A stretch of DNA of 64,000 nt from Thermoproteota archaeon (GTDB taxonomy: Archaea > Thermoproteota > Thermoprotei > Thermofilales > B9-G17): positions 96,001 through 160,000 of the forward strand of contig JAPDJW010000009.1 of NCBI GenBank assembly GCA_029258885.1. The letters are read 5' to 3'. Of the stretch, positions 40,908 through 51,176 are shown piece after piece. The notes under the pieces were generated by a model. The model ran no database searches. It was not told the DNA's origin and saw only the letters and a list, made by a program, of their open reading frames with translations. Position 1 is the first letter of the stretch. Each line of letters begins with the position of its first letter. Both the position numbers and the translations under genes were made by a program.

Positions 40908-40979
40908 TTCATTATTCCCTCCAGCAATGAATACGTTAATCTATTATAGGCTGGAACGTACTATTATCCTTTACGTAGA

Positions 40980-42394
40980 TTATTCATAGGCAAGTAGTGT
41001 TAGATCGCTTAAGGCAGGCCTAATAAAGTAGACTATAACAACAACTACTGCTAATAGTATAAGCATGGATATTACAAAGTCTCTCCACCTCTTCTCCCTA
41101 TAGTCCCTATAGGCCACGTATAATAGGGCTATTAGAGGTAACAGGGTAATGCTGGATGGGGCAAGTAGTGTAAGTTTAACGATAAAGGGCTTAAGGACAT
41201 ATTCAATAAAGTTTTCAAGGACAAAAGTCCCCTTAAACTCCTCTAAACACATGGCGAATGCACTATTCATTCCCTGCGAGTTTAGCGTGCGCCCAGCAAT
41301 ATGTATTCTATCACCTACAATATCCACATCCTCTACTAGCGAGAAACTGGGAACGGTAAGGTTAGGTATCCAAAGCCAAATTAAATTACCATTTAAATCC
41401 GTCTTAATTAATAGAGGCTTACGCCAATCCTTAACATAGCTAAATCCAGCAATATAAACTGCATCGTTAGCTGTGGCTACGCTGCCGCCATGATCCCTTC
41501 CACTGAAGGAGTATTCCATAAGATTATAATCGCCCGAACGGAGATCATATATAGCCAGCAGGATGTGATATTCGCTGACTATATTAATTCTCATAAGTAT
41601 GTAAGCCCTGCCTCTGTATATGCATAGGTCATAAACACTTACACGAGCCTTCCCATGGCCTATGCTTAGCATCCATTCACTCAAACTAATGTTAGCCACT
41701 AGATTAACCTTGCCCCTATGGTCTACTGCTTCAAGAATTAATCTATCCGCTACCTTACGTACAAGATAAACTACGCCTGAATGAAAATAGGCGGAGCCGG
41801 TCAGGTTTATACTCCATAAAATATCTCCGCTAAAACTCATCCTTAAAATCCTACGTGAAGTTAATACGTATAGCGAATTATTCCATGCATATACTTCAAG
41901 GCCTCGTTCAATAAATTCATCGGCTCGGGGAAGGCTTATTGTATAGATGAAATCTCCCCGACGATTATACACGTATATAACCGCCTTCCCACCGATTGTT
42001 CCTACAGCATATACTTTATCATTATATACTTCTAACCCATTGAACTCCGAGGAGACATTGGGATTAATAACCACATGGCGCCAGAGAAGTTTTCCATCTA
42101 CATCATATGCTGCAATCAGAGCCTCGGATAGACGACTGTAGGTGACGGCTTATAGCCTACAGAACCCGCTACTAAAACTACACTCCCGTCTACATACACG
42201 TCCTTAATAAAATCGCTGAAGTCCACTTCAACATAGGTTTCATTGCTTGGGAAAACATCAAGCCATATAGTTTTCAAATGACTTACCGCATAAAGCTTAG
42301 CATCATAAAATCCCTTCACGTATACAGCAAATATCATTAAGTACAATATAGTTAGGGTTGCTATCCAATATGCTAGGATACGATACTTCCTCAT
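40980..42394 (-). pseudogene. Frameshift-split gene for a membrane-anchored beta-propeller-like protein
   Basis: ORF 42116..42478 (N-terminal TM, DVYVDGSVVLVAG) continues in another frame as SEALIAAYDVDGKLLWRHVVINP into ORF 40980..42074. The shift must lie between 42119 and 42149. Confidence 0.7.
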
Positions 42395-42704
42395 ACAAAT
42401 ATTATGTAGTCGGAGATTAGTCGGAGATGCATATATTATTTTCGAGGAAAAGAAAGCTATTCCCAGGAAGAATAACATAAATACTGCCTAAGAAGCTTAA
42501 TGCCCGTGCTATTTCATATAAGCTTCATATGAAAATCTGTAAAGGAATATATTATTTAATTAGCCTAGCCCGCTAGCATAATTCGTGTTCCCGCTAAAAT
42601 ATAACCTATTCTACTGTGTCTTAATTTGATAGGCCTCTAGAGCATGTATGGCGTACTCGATAGTATAGGAAGGCTAATAAGTTTAAGCGAAGATTTTCGA
42701 ATGG

Positions 42705-43436
42705 TTGGTAATTATGCGGCTGTGTGACATTAATGTTGGCTTCGGATACGACGCCAGAAACGAGCTAAGAATAGAGAGGGAAGAATTTATCAAGTTTATA
42801 TCAGAGGACGTATTTGAGAGAGTTGCAGTTCATCCAATATATTTAACTAATATCTTCGACGCCAATAGCAGAATTGCAGGGCTAATGAGGCATTCGAGTA
42901 AGGTTGTCGGAATAGCCCTAATTAACCCGCTTAGAGAGGATATGGCGGTAAGTGAGCTAGATAGAATTACGACGTTTATGAGGATGTCTGGAGCTATGCT
43001 TAGACCATACATACACGGCTACAGCTTCGCTTTACAGATTGTATCCGACATTATCGAGGCTATATACAAGTTTGACCTCCCCATTATAGTATACTGTGAA
43101 CACAGCTTTTCCCCCACCATGGTTAAGGTTCAGGCACTACAGTACAGCATGGTGGATTTCATAGTGATTAACGGAGTACAGAAGTATGGCTACGGCGAAG
43201 TTTCATCCCTCATGAGGGGATGCGATAACGTGTTTATCAGCACCTCCCTCCTCCCAAATTACAGGGATTTAAGGAAAATAATTGAGGAGTTCGGTCCCGA
43301 GAGGGTGCTGTTTGGCTCAAACTATCCCTACTACGACTTCAACTACGAACTATCTAAAGCTAAAAGCGCTGTAAAGGAGGACTATGAGGAGGAGCTTATA
43401 TTCAGAAAGAATTTCATCGACTTAATCCTCGAGTAA
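42705..43436 (+). CDS. Amidohydrolase-2-like TIM barrel with degenerate metal ligands
   Basis: Fold motifs INP, GPERVLFGSNYPY and IFRKNF are present, but DxHxH reads DINVG, KLHP reads MLRP and the catalytic Asp reads Asn. Confidence 0.7.
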   Translation: MVIMRLCDINVGFGYDARNELRIEREEFIKFISEDVFERVAVHPIYLTNIFDANSRIAGLMRHSSKVVGIALINPLREDMAVSELDRITTFMRMSGAMLRPYIHGYSFALQIVSDIIEAIYKFDLPIIVYCEHSFSPTMVKVQALQYSMVDFIVINGVQKYGYGEVSSLMRGCDNVFISTSLLPNYRDLRKIIEEFGPERVLFGSNYPYYDFNYELSKAKSAVKEDYEEELIFRKNFIDLILE

Positions 43437-43507
43437 TTGCTTACTTTCACAAATATCTACTGTAAAGTACATTAACCACCCTCAACCATATAATCCTTGA
43501 TGAGAGG

Positions 43508-44794
43508 ATGAAGGCAGGCTATGGCAGACTATCAATAACGCCGCCTATTGGAGAACGCATGGCGGGCTACCCCCTACGGAGGGATTTCGCTGCCGATATT
43601 CTCGATGAACTCTACGCTAGAGCTCTATCCCTAAAGGATGGAGACGAGGTATACGTAATTGTATCAGTTGACCTATTCTCCGTAGACATAGATATGTCCA
43701 ATCTAGCTAAATGTATTATAAGCGAGAGAACTGGAGTACCCATGGATAGAATATCGATAGTAGCTACCCACACCCACTCCGGACCCGATGTCTCTGGAAT
43801 ATTCTATGGAGTATCGAAGCACGTTAGAGGTACTATAATTAGTAAGATAGCTAGTGCAGCAATACTGTCACTGAAGCATATGTACGATGTAGGTATAAAG
43901 CAGTCGGTAGGTCTCGTCGAAGGCATAGCCGTGAATAGGAGGGCACCACGTAAAGGGGCTATTGATAGCAGGGTGCATGCCATAGGATTTGTGGATAGGA
44001 GTAGCTTAGACTACAGGTTTATTATAGCATCCTTCTCATGTCATCCGGTCATACTTGGTCCAAGCAATCTATGCTATAGCGCGGATTATCCTGGAGCATT
44101 TAACAGCTTTATAGAAAGAATAACTGAAGCAAGGTCGATATTTCTCAACGGTGCCTGCGGCGACGTAAATCCATTAACTCCATCGACTAGGCTGAATAGC
44201 GTCTACGATAGAAGCTCGGGAACCTACGATGAGGTTAAGTGGATGGGTAGGATACTTGCATGCGAGGCTGTAAAGTCTCTGGATATTGTTAGGGAGGAAA
44301 GCAATCTCATGCTTAAAGTAATCGGTGACGAGCTGAAGGTAAATATACGTAAGCCTATGGATTTAAAGGAGGCGAAGGAGAGATATAGGAGAATTAAGGA
44401 CGAAGCTAAAAGATCTAAGACATGGAATGAGGAGGTAGCATATAGGCTATGGAGGGCAAAGCGGGCCTACAATATTCTACTAAAGTTTAAGGATAGGGAT
44501 CGGCTTAACATAAGGATAAGCGCCTTAGGATTATCCAATAATCTAGCTATAGTGTTCCTGCCGAGCGAGGTGTTCGTTGAAATAGGATTGAAGATTAAGA
44601 AGGATTCGCCGTTTAGAAACACCGTTATAGTATCCTATGCCAACGAATACTTTGGCTATATACCCACAGCTAAAGCCTTTAATGAAGGAGGATATGAGGC
44701 AGATTTCCCCGTATCAATAGTGCCTGAGAATACTGAGGAGGAAATAGTTTCAAAAACGCTTGAGGTATTATATAGGCTGGAGAGATACTATTAG
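43508..44794 (+). CDS. Neutral/alkaline ceramidase-like protein
   Basis: KAGYGRLSITPP, DELYARALSL, VATHTHSGP, FSCHPV, SADYPG, FLNGACGDVNP and YANEYFGYIP motifs. Confidence 0.8.
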   Translation: MKAGYGRLSITPPIGERMAGYPLRRDFAADILDELYARALSLKDGDEVYVIVSVDLFSVDIDMSNLAKCIISERTGVPMDRISIVATHTHSGPDVSGIFYGVSKHVRGTIISKIASAAILSLKHMYDVGIKQSVGLVEGIAVNRRAPRKGAIDSRVHAIGFVDRSSLDYRFIIASFSCHPVILGPSNLCYSADYPGAFNSFIERITEARSIFLNGACGDVNPLTPSTRLNSVYDRSSGTYDEVKWMGRILACEAVKSLDIVREESNLMLKVIGDELKVNIRKPMDLKEAKERYRRIKDEAKRSKTWNEEVAYRLWRAKRAYNILLKFKDRDRLNIRISALGLSNNLAIVFLPSEVFVEIGLKIKKDSPFRNTVIVSYANEYFGYIPTAKAFNEGGYEADFPVSIVPENTEEEIVSKTLEVLYRLERYY

Positions 44795-45792
44795 TACTTC
44801 AACGGAAGCTTTACAGGCTCGTCCCTTTCTATCGACTTATACGCGGCTAAGGCTATCTCTAGAGCCTGCCTTCCATCCCATCCACTAGCCCTCGGAACCC
44901 TATCCTCAACTATTACTCTAATGAAGTCCTTAATCATCTCTAGGTCACAGTCCGTACCAAAATAGATCCACTTAAGCGGCTGTTTATCAGTAACCAAATT
45001 TATACATGACCTAAATGCGTCAACAACTATATACCCTTCAGTACCGAAAATACCCATGTATACGTCGCCCCATATAGGCCAAGTATCGGGTCTAGACCAG
45101 CTACAGTCTATGCTCCCTAACACTCCATTCTTAAACCTAATCAGCATCGATGCTGCATCCTCAGCTCTAAGTTGAGGCCTAATGTTCTTAGCTTTCATCG
45201 CGTATACCGTATCGGCCTCGCTCTTAGTATACCATCTCATGAGGTCAGCCGTATGTACGGTGTGATCCATTATAGCTCCACCGCCAGCCAGCTCCGGTTC
45301 GCCGAACCAACCGCCCGGATACTTGCCGTGGTTGGTGGTGGTTATAACCCTAATATCCCCTATCTCCCCATTCTCCAGTAGCTCCTTAACCTTAACGGTT
45401 ACCCCATGATACCTCATTACAAACGCTGTCTGGAACTTCACGTTATACCTGTTGGCGTAGGCCAGCATATCGTCGGCATCTCTCAGAGTAGTAGCTATAG
45501 GCTTTTCACAGAGGATATGTACTCCATGTTCCGCGGCCGCTACAGCCATATCCTTATGCTTAGCGTTCTCCGAGGTAATTATTACCGCATCAAGCTCTTC
45601 CTTCTCAAGTAGTTTACGGAAATCAGTATAGGTCTTCTCAACCCCATACTGTTCAGATGCACGCTTAAGCCTAGCTTCATCGTCGTCAAATATCGCTACA
45701 AACTCGACGTTTTCAAGCTCCCTAAGAACCCTAGCATAGCTCCAGGAGTGTACGTGGGCAAACGATAAAATCGCAAACCTTAATTTCCCCAA
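44791..45792 (-). CDS. Gfo/Idh/MocA family oxidoreductase
   Basis: Probable TTG start at 45792 after SD GAGGGTGA (track extends to 45864). HILCEKPIA and GGGAIMDHTVH motifs. Confidence 0.9.
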   Translation of the reverse strand: MGKLRFAILSFAHVHSWSYARVLRELENVEFVAIFDDDEARLKRASEQYGVEKTYTDFRKLLEKEELDAVIITSENAKHKDMAVAAAEHGVHILCEKPIATTLRDADDMLAYANRYNVKFQTAFVMRYHGVTVKVKELLENGEIGDIRVITTTNHGKYPGGWFGEPELAGGGAIMDHTVHTADLMRWYTKSEADTVYAMKAKNIRPQLRAEDAASMLIRFKNGVLGSIDCSWSRPDTWPIWGDVYMGIFGTEGYIVVDAFRSCINLVTDKQPLKWIYFGTDCDLEMIKDFIRVIVEDRVPRASGWDGRQALEIALAAYKSIERDEPVKLPLKY

Positions 45793-45946
45793 TCCATCAC
45801 CCTCAAATATACTATCCCCAAAACTTATATAACCATTATTTCTAAGCATGAGCGGAACAAGCACAGCTGACTGAAATCGTAATCGAGCGGCAGATTAATG
45901 CAACAAGTATATTAATGAAGAGCAGATAAGGGATAAGGGTGGTTAA

Positions 45947-46597
45947 TTGAGGCTAATATTTATTGGTCCGCCCGGTATAGGTAAGGGGACTTACGCTACA
46001 GCTGTATCGGAGCGATATGGAATACCCCATATATCCACGGGCGATATATTTAGGGAGGAGGTTAAGAGGGGAAGCGAGCTGGGCAGGAAGGTTAAGAAAT
46101 ATCTTGAGGCAGGCGAGCTGGTCCCCGACGAGATAGTTATAGAGGTTGTAAGGGAGAGGCTGAAGAAGGAGGACTGCAGGAAGGGTTTCATTCTAGACGG
46201 ATATCCGAGGACCTTAAGGCAGGCGGAGGAGCTTGATAAAATGACCAGCATAGACTTGGTTCTAAACTTTCATGCGCCAGATGAAGTTATAATTGAGAGG
46301 CTGAGCGGCAGGAGGATATGCGTTAAATGTGGAGCAATATACCACGTAAAGTTCATGCCCCCCAAGAAGCCTGGAATATGCGATAAGTGCGGCGGGAAGA
46401 TAATACAGAGGAAGGACGATACTCCCGAGGTAATAAAACATAGGCTTGAAGTCTACAGGAGAGTGTTCACGCCAATAATAAACTACTATAAGGAGAAAGG
46501 CATTCTCCTAGACGTTTACGCAGGGGAGCCAGCCAATATAGTTATACCCAGGATACTGAAGCTCCTAGAGGAGCACGGATTTAAGCCTGAGAAATAG
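45947..46597 (+). CDS. adk: Adenylate kinase (bacterial-type, Zn-LID)
   Basis: IGPPGIGKGT, HISTGDIFR, GELVPDE, GFILDGYPRT, CVKC...CDKC LID and QRKDD. Confidence 0.95.
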   Translation: MRLIFIGPPGIGKGTYATAVSERYGIPHISTGDIFREEVKRGSELGRKVKKYLEAGELVPDEIVIEVVRERLKKEDCRKGFILDGYPRTLRQAEELDKMTSIDLVLNFHAPDEVIIERLSGRRICVKCGAIYHVKFMPPKKPGICDKCGGKIIQRKDDTPEVIKHRLEVYRRVFTPIINYYKEKGILLDVYAGEPANIVIPRILKLLEEHGFKPEK

Positions 46598-46643
46598 TAT
46601 GCAATCATGCTGCAAATAACTTATATATTTCTTTGCAATAAAA

Positions 46644-47909
46644 TTGCACATGGAAGAATACAATCCATGGTGGATAGGCGAGATAGATCCTATCTACGAG
46701 GAATGGCTTAGCTCAGAGGTAAAGTGGAGGCCACATGTAATAGAGGAGTTCAACTTTACCCCTTTCTCGCTACACTTCTTCATTGGCCCTCGGCAGGTAG
46801 GTAAGACCACAACTATCAAGATCCTTATACATGATTTAATTAGATATAGGGATCCTAGATCCATATTCTACTACTCCTGCGATGAGATTGCAGACTATAG
46901 GGAGCTTGGTGAGGTAATAGATAACTACCTATCGGCGAGGAGGGAGTGGGGGATTAGAAGCTCGATAATCTTTCTAGATGAGGTAACCTTCGTGGATGAA
47001 TGGTATAGGGCGATAAAGTCGAGGATAGATAGAGGAGTCCTAAGAAACGATGTACTCGTAGTTACTGGGTCAGCCAGCCTAGAGTTAGTCGCCGGTAAGG
47101 AAATGTTCCCCGGCAGAAGGGGGCATGGGAGGGACATATATATGCTACCATTATCCTTCAGTGAATACCTGCTCCACTTCAGCGGGATTAAGCTCATTGA
47201 AGCCGAGCTTACGGACATCGACTACTACATGAGGAAAATTGAGGGAAATAAACTCTATGCAGCAACAATATCGGATATGTTCATGAAATATCTTGAGACG
47301 GGAGGCTACCCGACGCCGATAAAGGAGTATTTCACCAAGGGCAGGGTAACGTATCTCTCAATGAGGGTATTAATCGACTGGCTTAAAACAGACTGGATAA
47401 AGGCGGGGAGAAGCGAAGGATACATGAAGGAGGTAATATCCTACATACTGGAGGCCGAACTCACTCCAGTAGGCTGGCATACAATCTCCAAAAACACGTC
47501 GATATCCTCGCCCCATACAGCTAGAGAATACGTTGAAACACTGGAACGCCTAATGGTGGCAAAAATCATATACTGGATATCGCCCAGCAGAAAAATAGAC
47601 TACAGGAAAGCCAAAAAGATAATCTTCACAGACCCATTCATATACAAAACCCTACAAGCATATACAAGGACGAGCGTAAGCATATCCACGATAGTCGAGG
47701 CAACAGTAGCATCCCACATAGCAAGATACAAGCCAACATACTACTGGAGAAACAAATCAGAAGTAGACGTAGTAACATTAATCAACGGAAAACCCATAGG
47801 AATAGAAGTTAAATGGACCAGAAAACCGAAACAGAGGCGAAGACCATTCAAAACATACACCCTAGATAAAAATACCATACCACTATTCCTAGCATCACTA
47901 ACAGGATAA
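46644..47909 (+). CDS. AAA_14 ATPase with DUF4143 domain
   Basis: NPWW, GPRQVGKTT, IFLDEV, VVTGSAS, YLETGGYP, KIIFTDP and YYWRNKSEVDVV...IGIEVKW nuclease-like tail. Confidence 0.9.
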   Translation: MHMEEYNPWWIGEIDPIYEEWLSSEVKWRPHVIEEFNFTPFSLHFFIGPRQVGKTTTIKILIHDLIRYRDPRSIFYYSCDEIADYRELGEVIDNYLSARREWGIRSSIIFLDEVTFVDEWYRAIKSRIDRGVLRNDVLVVTGSASLELVAGKEMFPGRRGHGRDIYMLPLSFSEYLLHFSGIKLIEAELTDIDYYMRKIEGNKLYAATISDMFMKYLETGGYPTPIKEYFTKGRVTYLSMRVLIDWLKTDWIKAGRSEGYMKEVISYILEAELTPVGWHTISKNTSISSPHTAREYVETLERLMVAKIIYWISPSRKIDYRKAKKIIFTDPFIYKTLQAYTRTSVSISTIVEATVASHIARYKPTYYWRNKSEVDVVTLINGKPIGIEVKWTRKPKQRRRPFKTYTLDKNTIPLFLASLTG

Positions 47910-47911
47910 TA

Positions 47912-47956
47912 CCCCTCCACTCTAGCGACAAAGTGAGGCAGTACCGGAGGAAAACA
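47912..47956 (+). ncRNA. Possible H/ACA-like hairpin RNA (K-loop, terminal ACA)
   Basis: CCTCC(47914)/GGAGG(47946) basal stem, apical GCGA-CAAA-GTGA K-loop-like motif and ACA at 47954. Confidence 0.35.
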
Positions 47957-47999
47957 TACCAGAATAACTTATATTGAAGACAAACTATAGCTGTAACAG

Positions 48000-48048
48000 A
48001 TGATGAATAAACAGTCGGCAGATACATGAAGATCCCGAAGTATACTGA
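48000..48048 (+). ncRNA. C/D box methylation guide sRNA (23S rRNA-like targets)
   Basis: Box C ATGATGA 48000, D' CAGA 48019, C' ATGAAGA 48026, D CTGA 48045. The D' guide is complementary to CCGACTGTTTA and the D guide to ACTTCGGGA, both recalled conserved 23S segments. Confidence 0.85.
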
Positions 48049-48382
48049 TTTATAGATTTAATACAGCGGTCTGACTAGCCATGACACATAAATCTAAAAG
48101 TAGAAGAGGTATGCATAAACGCCGTATCTGATGTCGAATGCAGATTTAGCAATAAGTATGTTATAGAGGATTATTTTATATACCGTCTATTTAAGGATAC
48201 ATTTAAGCTAATGTTCAAGAATATATATAAGGATAATTTTTCTCGAGCTAAGGAGCTTATTTTCCACGAGTCAGGCGATATTTAATATCTTTAGACATCG
48301 AGTTTTGTTGATATATACTTCATTTTAAGAGAAATAATGTTATTTAGTAAAGTATATATGAATGTGATGCATTCTTGTATTC

Positions 48383-48754
48383 ATGGAATCTGGTAAGTTT
48401 AATGTTGAAGTTCTTCGTAGCTACTTCGATAGTCTTTTAAGGAGTGCTAGCTTGTTGGCTGGCTTTTCAACTATAGGTTTAATAATGTGCATTATTTTGA
48501 CTAAAAATAGACCTTTATATTACTTGATAGTGATATTCCTATTCATATCTGCTGTATTGTTTGTTTACTCTTTGAGGAGCATTTATGACGTTCTATGGGA
48601 TATTTCACGCGTCAAGATTGAGGGTAGAGAGCCGAATGAGGAGGAGTGCAGGAGAATTAATGATGTTAGAGAAAGGGTAACTGGGCTAATTAAATACGGC
48701 CTTGAGTCATTGCTTGTAAGTATAGCTCTACTGTTAATCGTCGCGTTACTCTAG
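48383..48754 (+). CDS. Hypothetical 3-TM membrane protein
   Basis: 123-aa ORF with three hydrophobic segments, AT-rich, overlapping the convergent VIT1 gene by 4 bp. Confidence 0.55.
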   Translation: MESGKFNVEVLRSYFDSLLRSASLLAGFSTIGLIMCIILTKNRPLYYLIVIFLFISAVLFVYSLRSIYDVLWDISRVKIEGREPNEEECRRINDVRERVTGLIKYGLESLLVSIALLLIVALL

Positions 48755-49863
48755 GATACCTCGACTCCAAGAATTATTGAGGCTAGACGACCTATAGCAA
48801 AGGTAGTTCCGGCTGAGCCTAGCCCAGCTAGTATCATTTCAGCTATCTTCCTCCTTATCGGTAGGTTGGCTGATATGGCTATTATGAACCCAGTTACTGC
48901 TAGTGCTAGTCCCGCGAGGACTAGTGAAAGGGCTATGGAGATGCCTATTGGAAGGTTGATGATATAGGGGATTAATGGTACTAAAGCTCCTACGGCATAG
49001 GATACTCCGGTATATATTCCAGCTTTAGCTGGCTCCTCCAGCTTTTCTTCACGTATACCGTATTCTTCCTCGGCAATAATCCTAGCTAATAGATGCGTTT
49101 TTCTGCCTGATTCCTCAGCTATTTCCTCGGCTATCTTCCTCCTGTACCCCTTTCTAACCATGTATTCAGCTACCCTCCTCGTTAGGATGTGTGCCACGTA
49201 TTTTGCAGCCATCTTTACTCGATTTAATGTGCCCTCATGGACTTGTCTTTGGGCTTTTACGCTGGCGTATGCTCCTATACCCATTGATAGCGCTCCGCCT
49301 GTTCCCACTATTAAGCCGCCTAATGCTACGTGGAATGGGTCCCCATATACTCCAGCTAATCCCGAGGCCACGGATAATACTTCAACAAGTCCATCGTTCA
49401 TCCCTAGAACAATATCTCTAACGTGATTTAGAAAATCCTCAAACCTAGACTCTTCATCGATGAACTCCTGCTCGTGTACTAGCTCGTCCTCGAGTATCTT
49501 TTTAAGTTTCTCCCTTTCATCACTGCTGAGGCTGGGATCTTCAAGCATTTTAGAATATAGTTCTACGGCATCTCGTTCGCCCATCTCAAGGAGGCGTAGG
49601 GTCAGTCCCAGACCTAGGATCCTGAATAATGCCGCGTATATGGATACCTTAATTCTATTTACTTCCGCTAGCCGCCTTACTCCTCTCTTCTTAAGGAAGT
49701 TTAGCCAGAAGTTAGCGTGCTCCTCCTCCATTTCAGCTATATTTATGAGCTTAGACCTAATTTTTCCTCTATGGAAGTCGGCTAGCTTCCTGTATATTAC
49801 GGATGAGAATAGTTCATCCTCTAATGCAAGCCTAGCATACTCTATCAGGCGGCTAGTGGACAA
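48751..49863 (-). CDS. Rubrerythrin/ferritin-like domain fused to VIT1/CCC1 transporter (MbfA-like iron exporter)
   Basis: EDELFS...EMEEEHANFW...EDELVHE diiron motifs; RDIVLGMNDGLVEVL, GALSMGIGAYASVK and GALVPLIPY VIT1 motifs. Confidence 0.9.
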   Translation of the reverse strand: MSTSRLIEYARLALEDELFSSVIYRKLADFHRGKIRSKLINIAEMEEEHANFWLNFLKKRGVRRLAEVNRIKVSIYAALFRILGLGLTLRLLEMGERDAVELYSKMLEDPSLSSDEREKLKKILEDELVHEQEFIDEESRFEDFLNHVRDIVLGMNDGLVEVLSVASGLAGVYGDPFHVALGGLIVGTGGALSMGIGAYASVKAQRQVHEGTLNRVKMAAKYVAHILTRRVAEYMVRKGYRRKIAEEIAEESGRKTHLLARIIAEEEYGIREEKLEEPAKAGIYTGVSYAVGALVPLIPYIINLPIGISIALSLVLAGLALAVTGFIIAISANLPIRRKIAEMILAGLGSAGTTFAIGRLASIILGVEVS

Positions 49864-49867
49864 TCTT

Positions 49868-51082
49868 TCACCGAGCTATCTGATCGATAAGGCTATCCAC
49901 TCCACTCCTGACCTTAGCTAAATCATCTCCATCAGGCATACCCTGAAACTCGACGACATCAACTACCTTAAATCCAGCACCGGTTAGAATCTTTAATATT
50001 TTTGAGCCAGCTATACGTCCCCAGCCATACGACGATACTACGAGTACGGGCTTACCTGCCTTAATCTTCTCAACCAGTACGTCGAGGAGATGCCTTATAA
50101 GGGGAAATACGTTATTTTCGTATGTTGCTGCACCGATAATCAACGCTTGGCAGTCCATTACGTCTGAAATGAAGTCGCTTAGGTTAATACGTTCAGTATC
50201 GGTAAATCTGTACACGACCGGGCTAAACCCCTTTTCTTTAAGCTTATCGATTACTGCTGATATAGCTTTCCCAACGGAGCCATACATTGAGCTATAAACG
50301 ACGACTATCTTACCCTTCTCTGCTATACCCGATGCAAGCTTAACGTAGTAATCAACTATGGCTTCAGGCTTATTCCTAAATATCAATCCATGGGCTGGAG
50401 CAATAATCTTAGGCTTAATACCAAGCTTATCGAGCTTCTCAACAGCCTTACCAATATAATTGATGTAGTGTCCTATAACCGTTGCAACGTATTTACGTAC
50501 ATGCGGCAGATACTCTGCTATCACGTTATCGCTTTCATCATATAGCGTCTTCGGTATAGAGTATCCGCCGAAGGCGTCGCATGAAAGCAGTACGTCGTCG
50601 CCGGGTATAAAGGTCATCATAGTCTCAGGCCAGTGGAGCCATGGAGTATAAATGAACTTAAGCACTTTACCTCCAACCTTCAGCTCCTCCCCATCCTTTA
50701 CAGCATGGATCTTAGGTTTAATTCCCAGAAACCTACTGAACATCCTCGTAGCTAACATGTGGCATAAAACCTCAGCTTTAAACCCGTTCTCCTCGAGAAC
50801 CCTAGGAAGAGAGCCTGTATGATCCTGCTCCATATGGTGGACGATAATATAAGCTATATCCCTTAGATCAACTACTGTCTTTAAAGCTTCAATAAATTCA
50901 TCCGTATAAACATGCTTCTAGGAGTCGAATAATATGGCTCCTTCGCTGGTATGAAGAAGATAAGCGTTATACGTTATTCCCTCCGGAATCTCCCATAATG
51001 CCTCAAAAAACTTAACCTTAATATCGTCAACCCTTAAAACATGCAGGGATTCAGTAACCTTATCTACAAAAATTCCAACCAT
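49868..51082 (-). pseudogene. fprA: FprA flavodiiron protein interrupted by an in-frame TAG at codon 55
   Basis: ATG 51082 opens MVGIFVDKVTESLHVLRVDD...FEALWEIPEGITYNAYL...LFDS*KHVYTDEF...HHMEQDHTGS, in frame with 49868..50833. TAG lies at 50918-50920. Motifs PWLHWPETM, CDAFGGY, APAHG and YSSMYG follow. Confidence 0.85.
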
Positions 51083-51176
51083 GTAGCCACCAATCTAAAA
51101 TATAGTTATGCCTTAATTATCTTATCCGTTGAAATAATGGATAAACATAGATAAGTAGAGAGCTACATAGCTATAG

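Noticed and set aside
48085-48285. ~66-codon open stretch (HINLKVEEVCINAVSDVEC...)
   Set aside because: No start codon after the upstream stop and no recognisable motif; at most a gene remnant.
50918-50920. Pyrrolysine recoding of the fprA TAG
   Set aside because: No pyl genes are in the window, other genes use TAG as a normal stop, and the position matches a Trp codon one substitution away.
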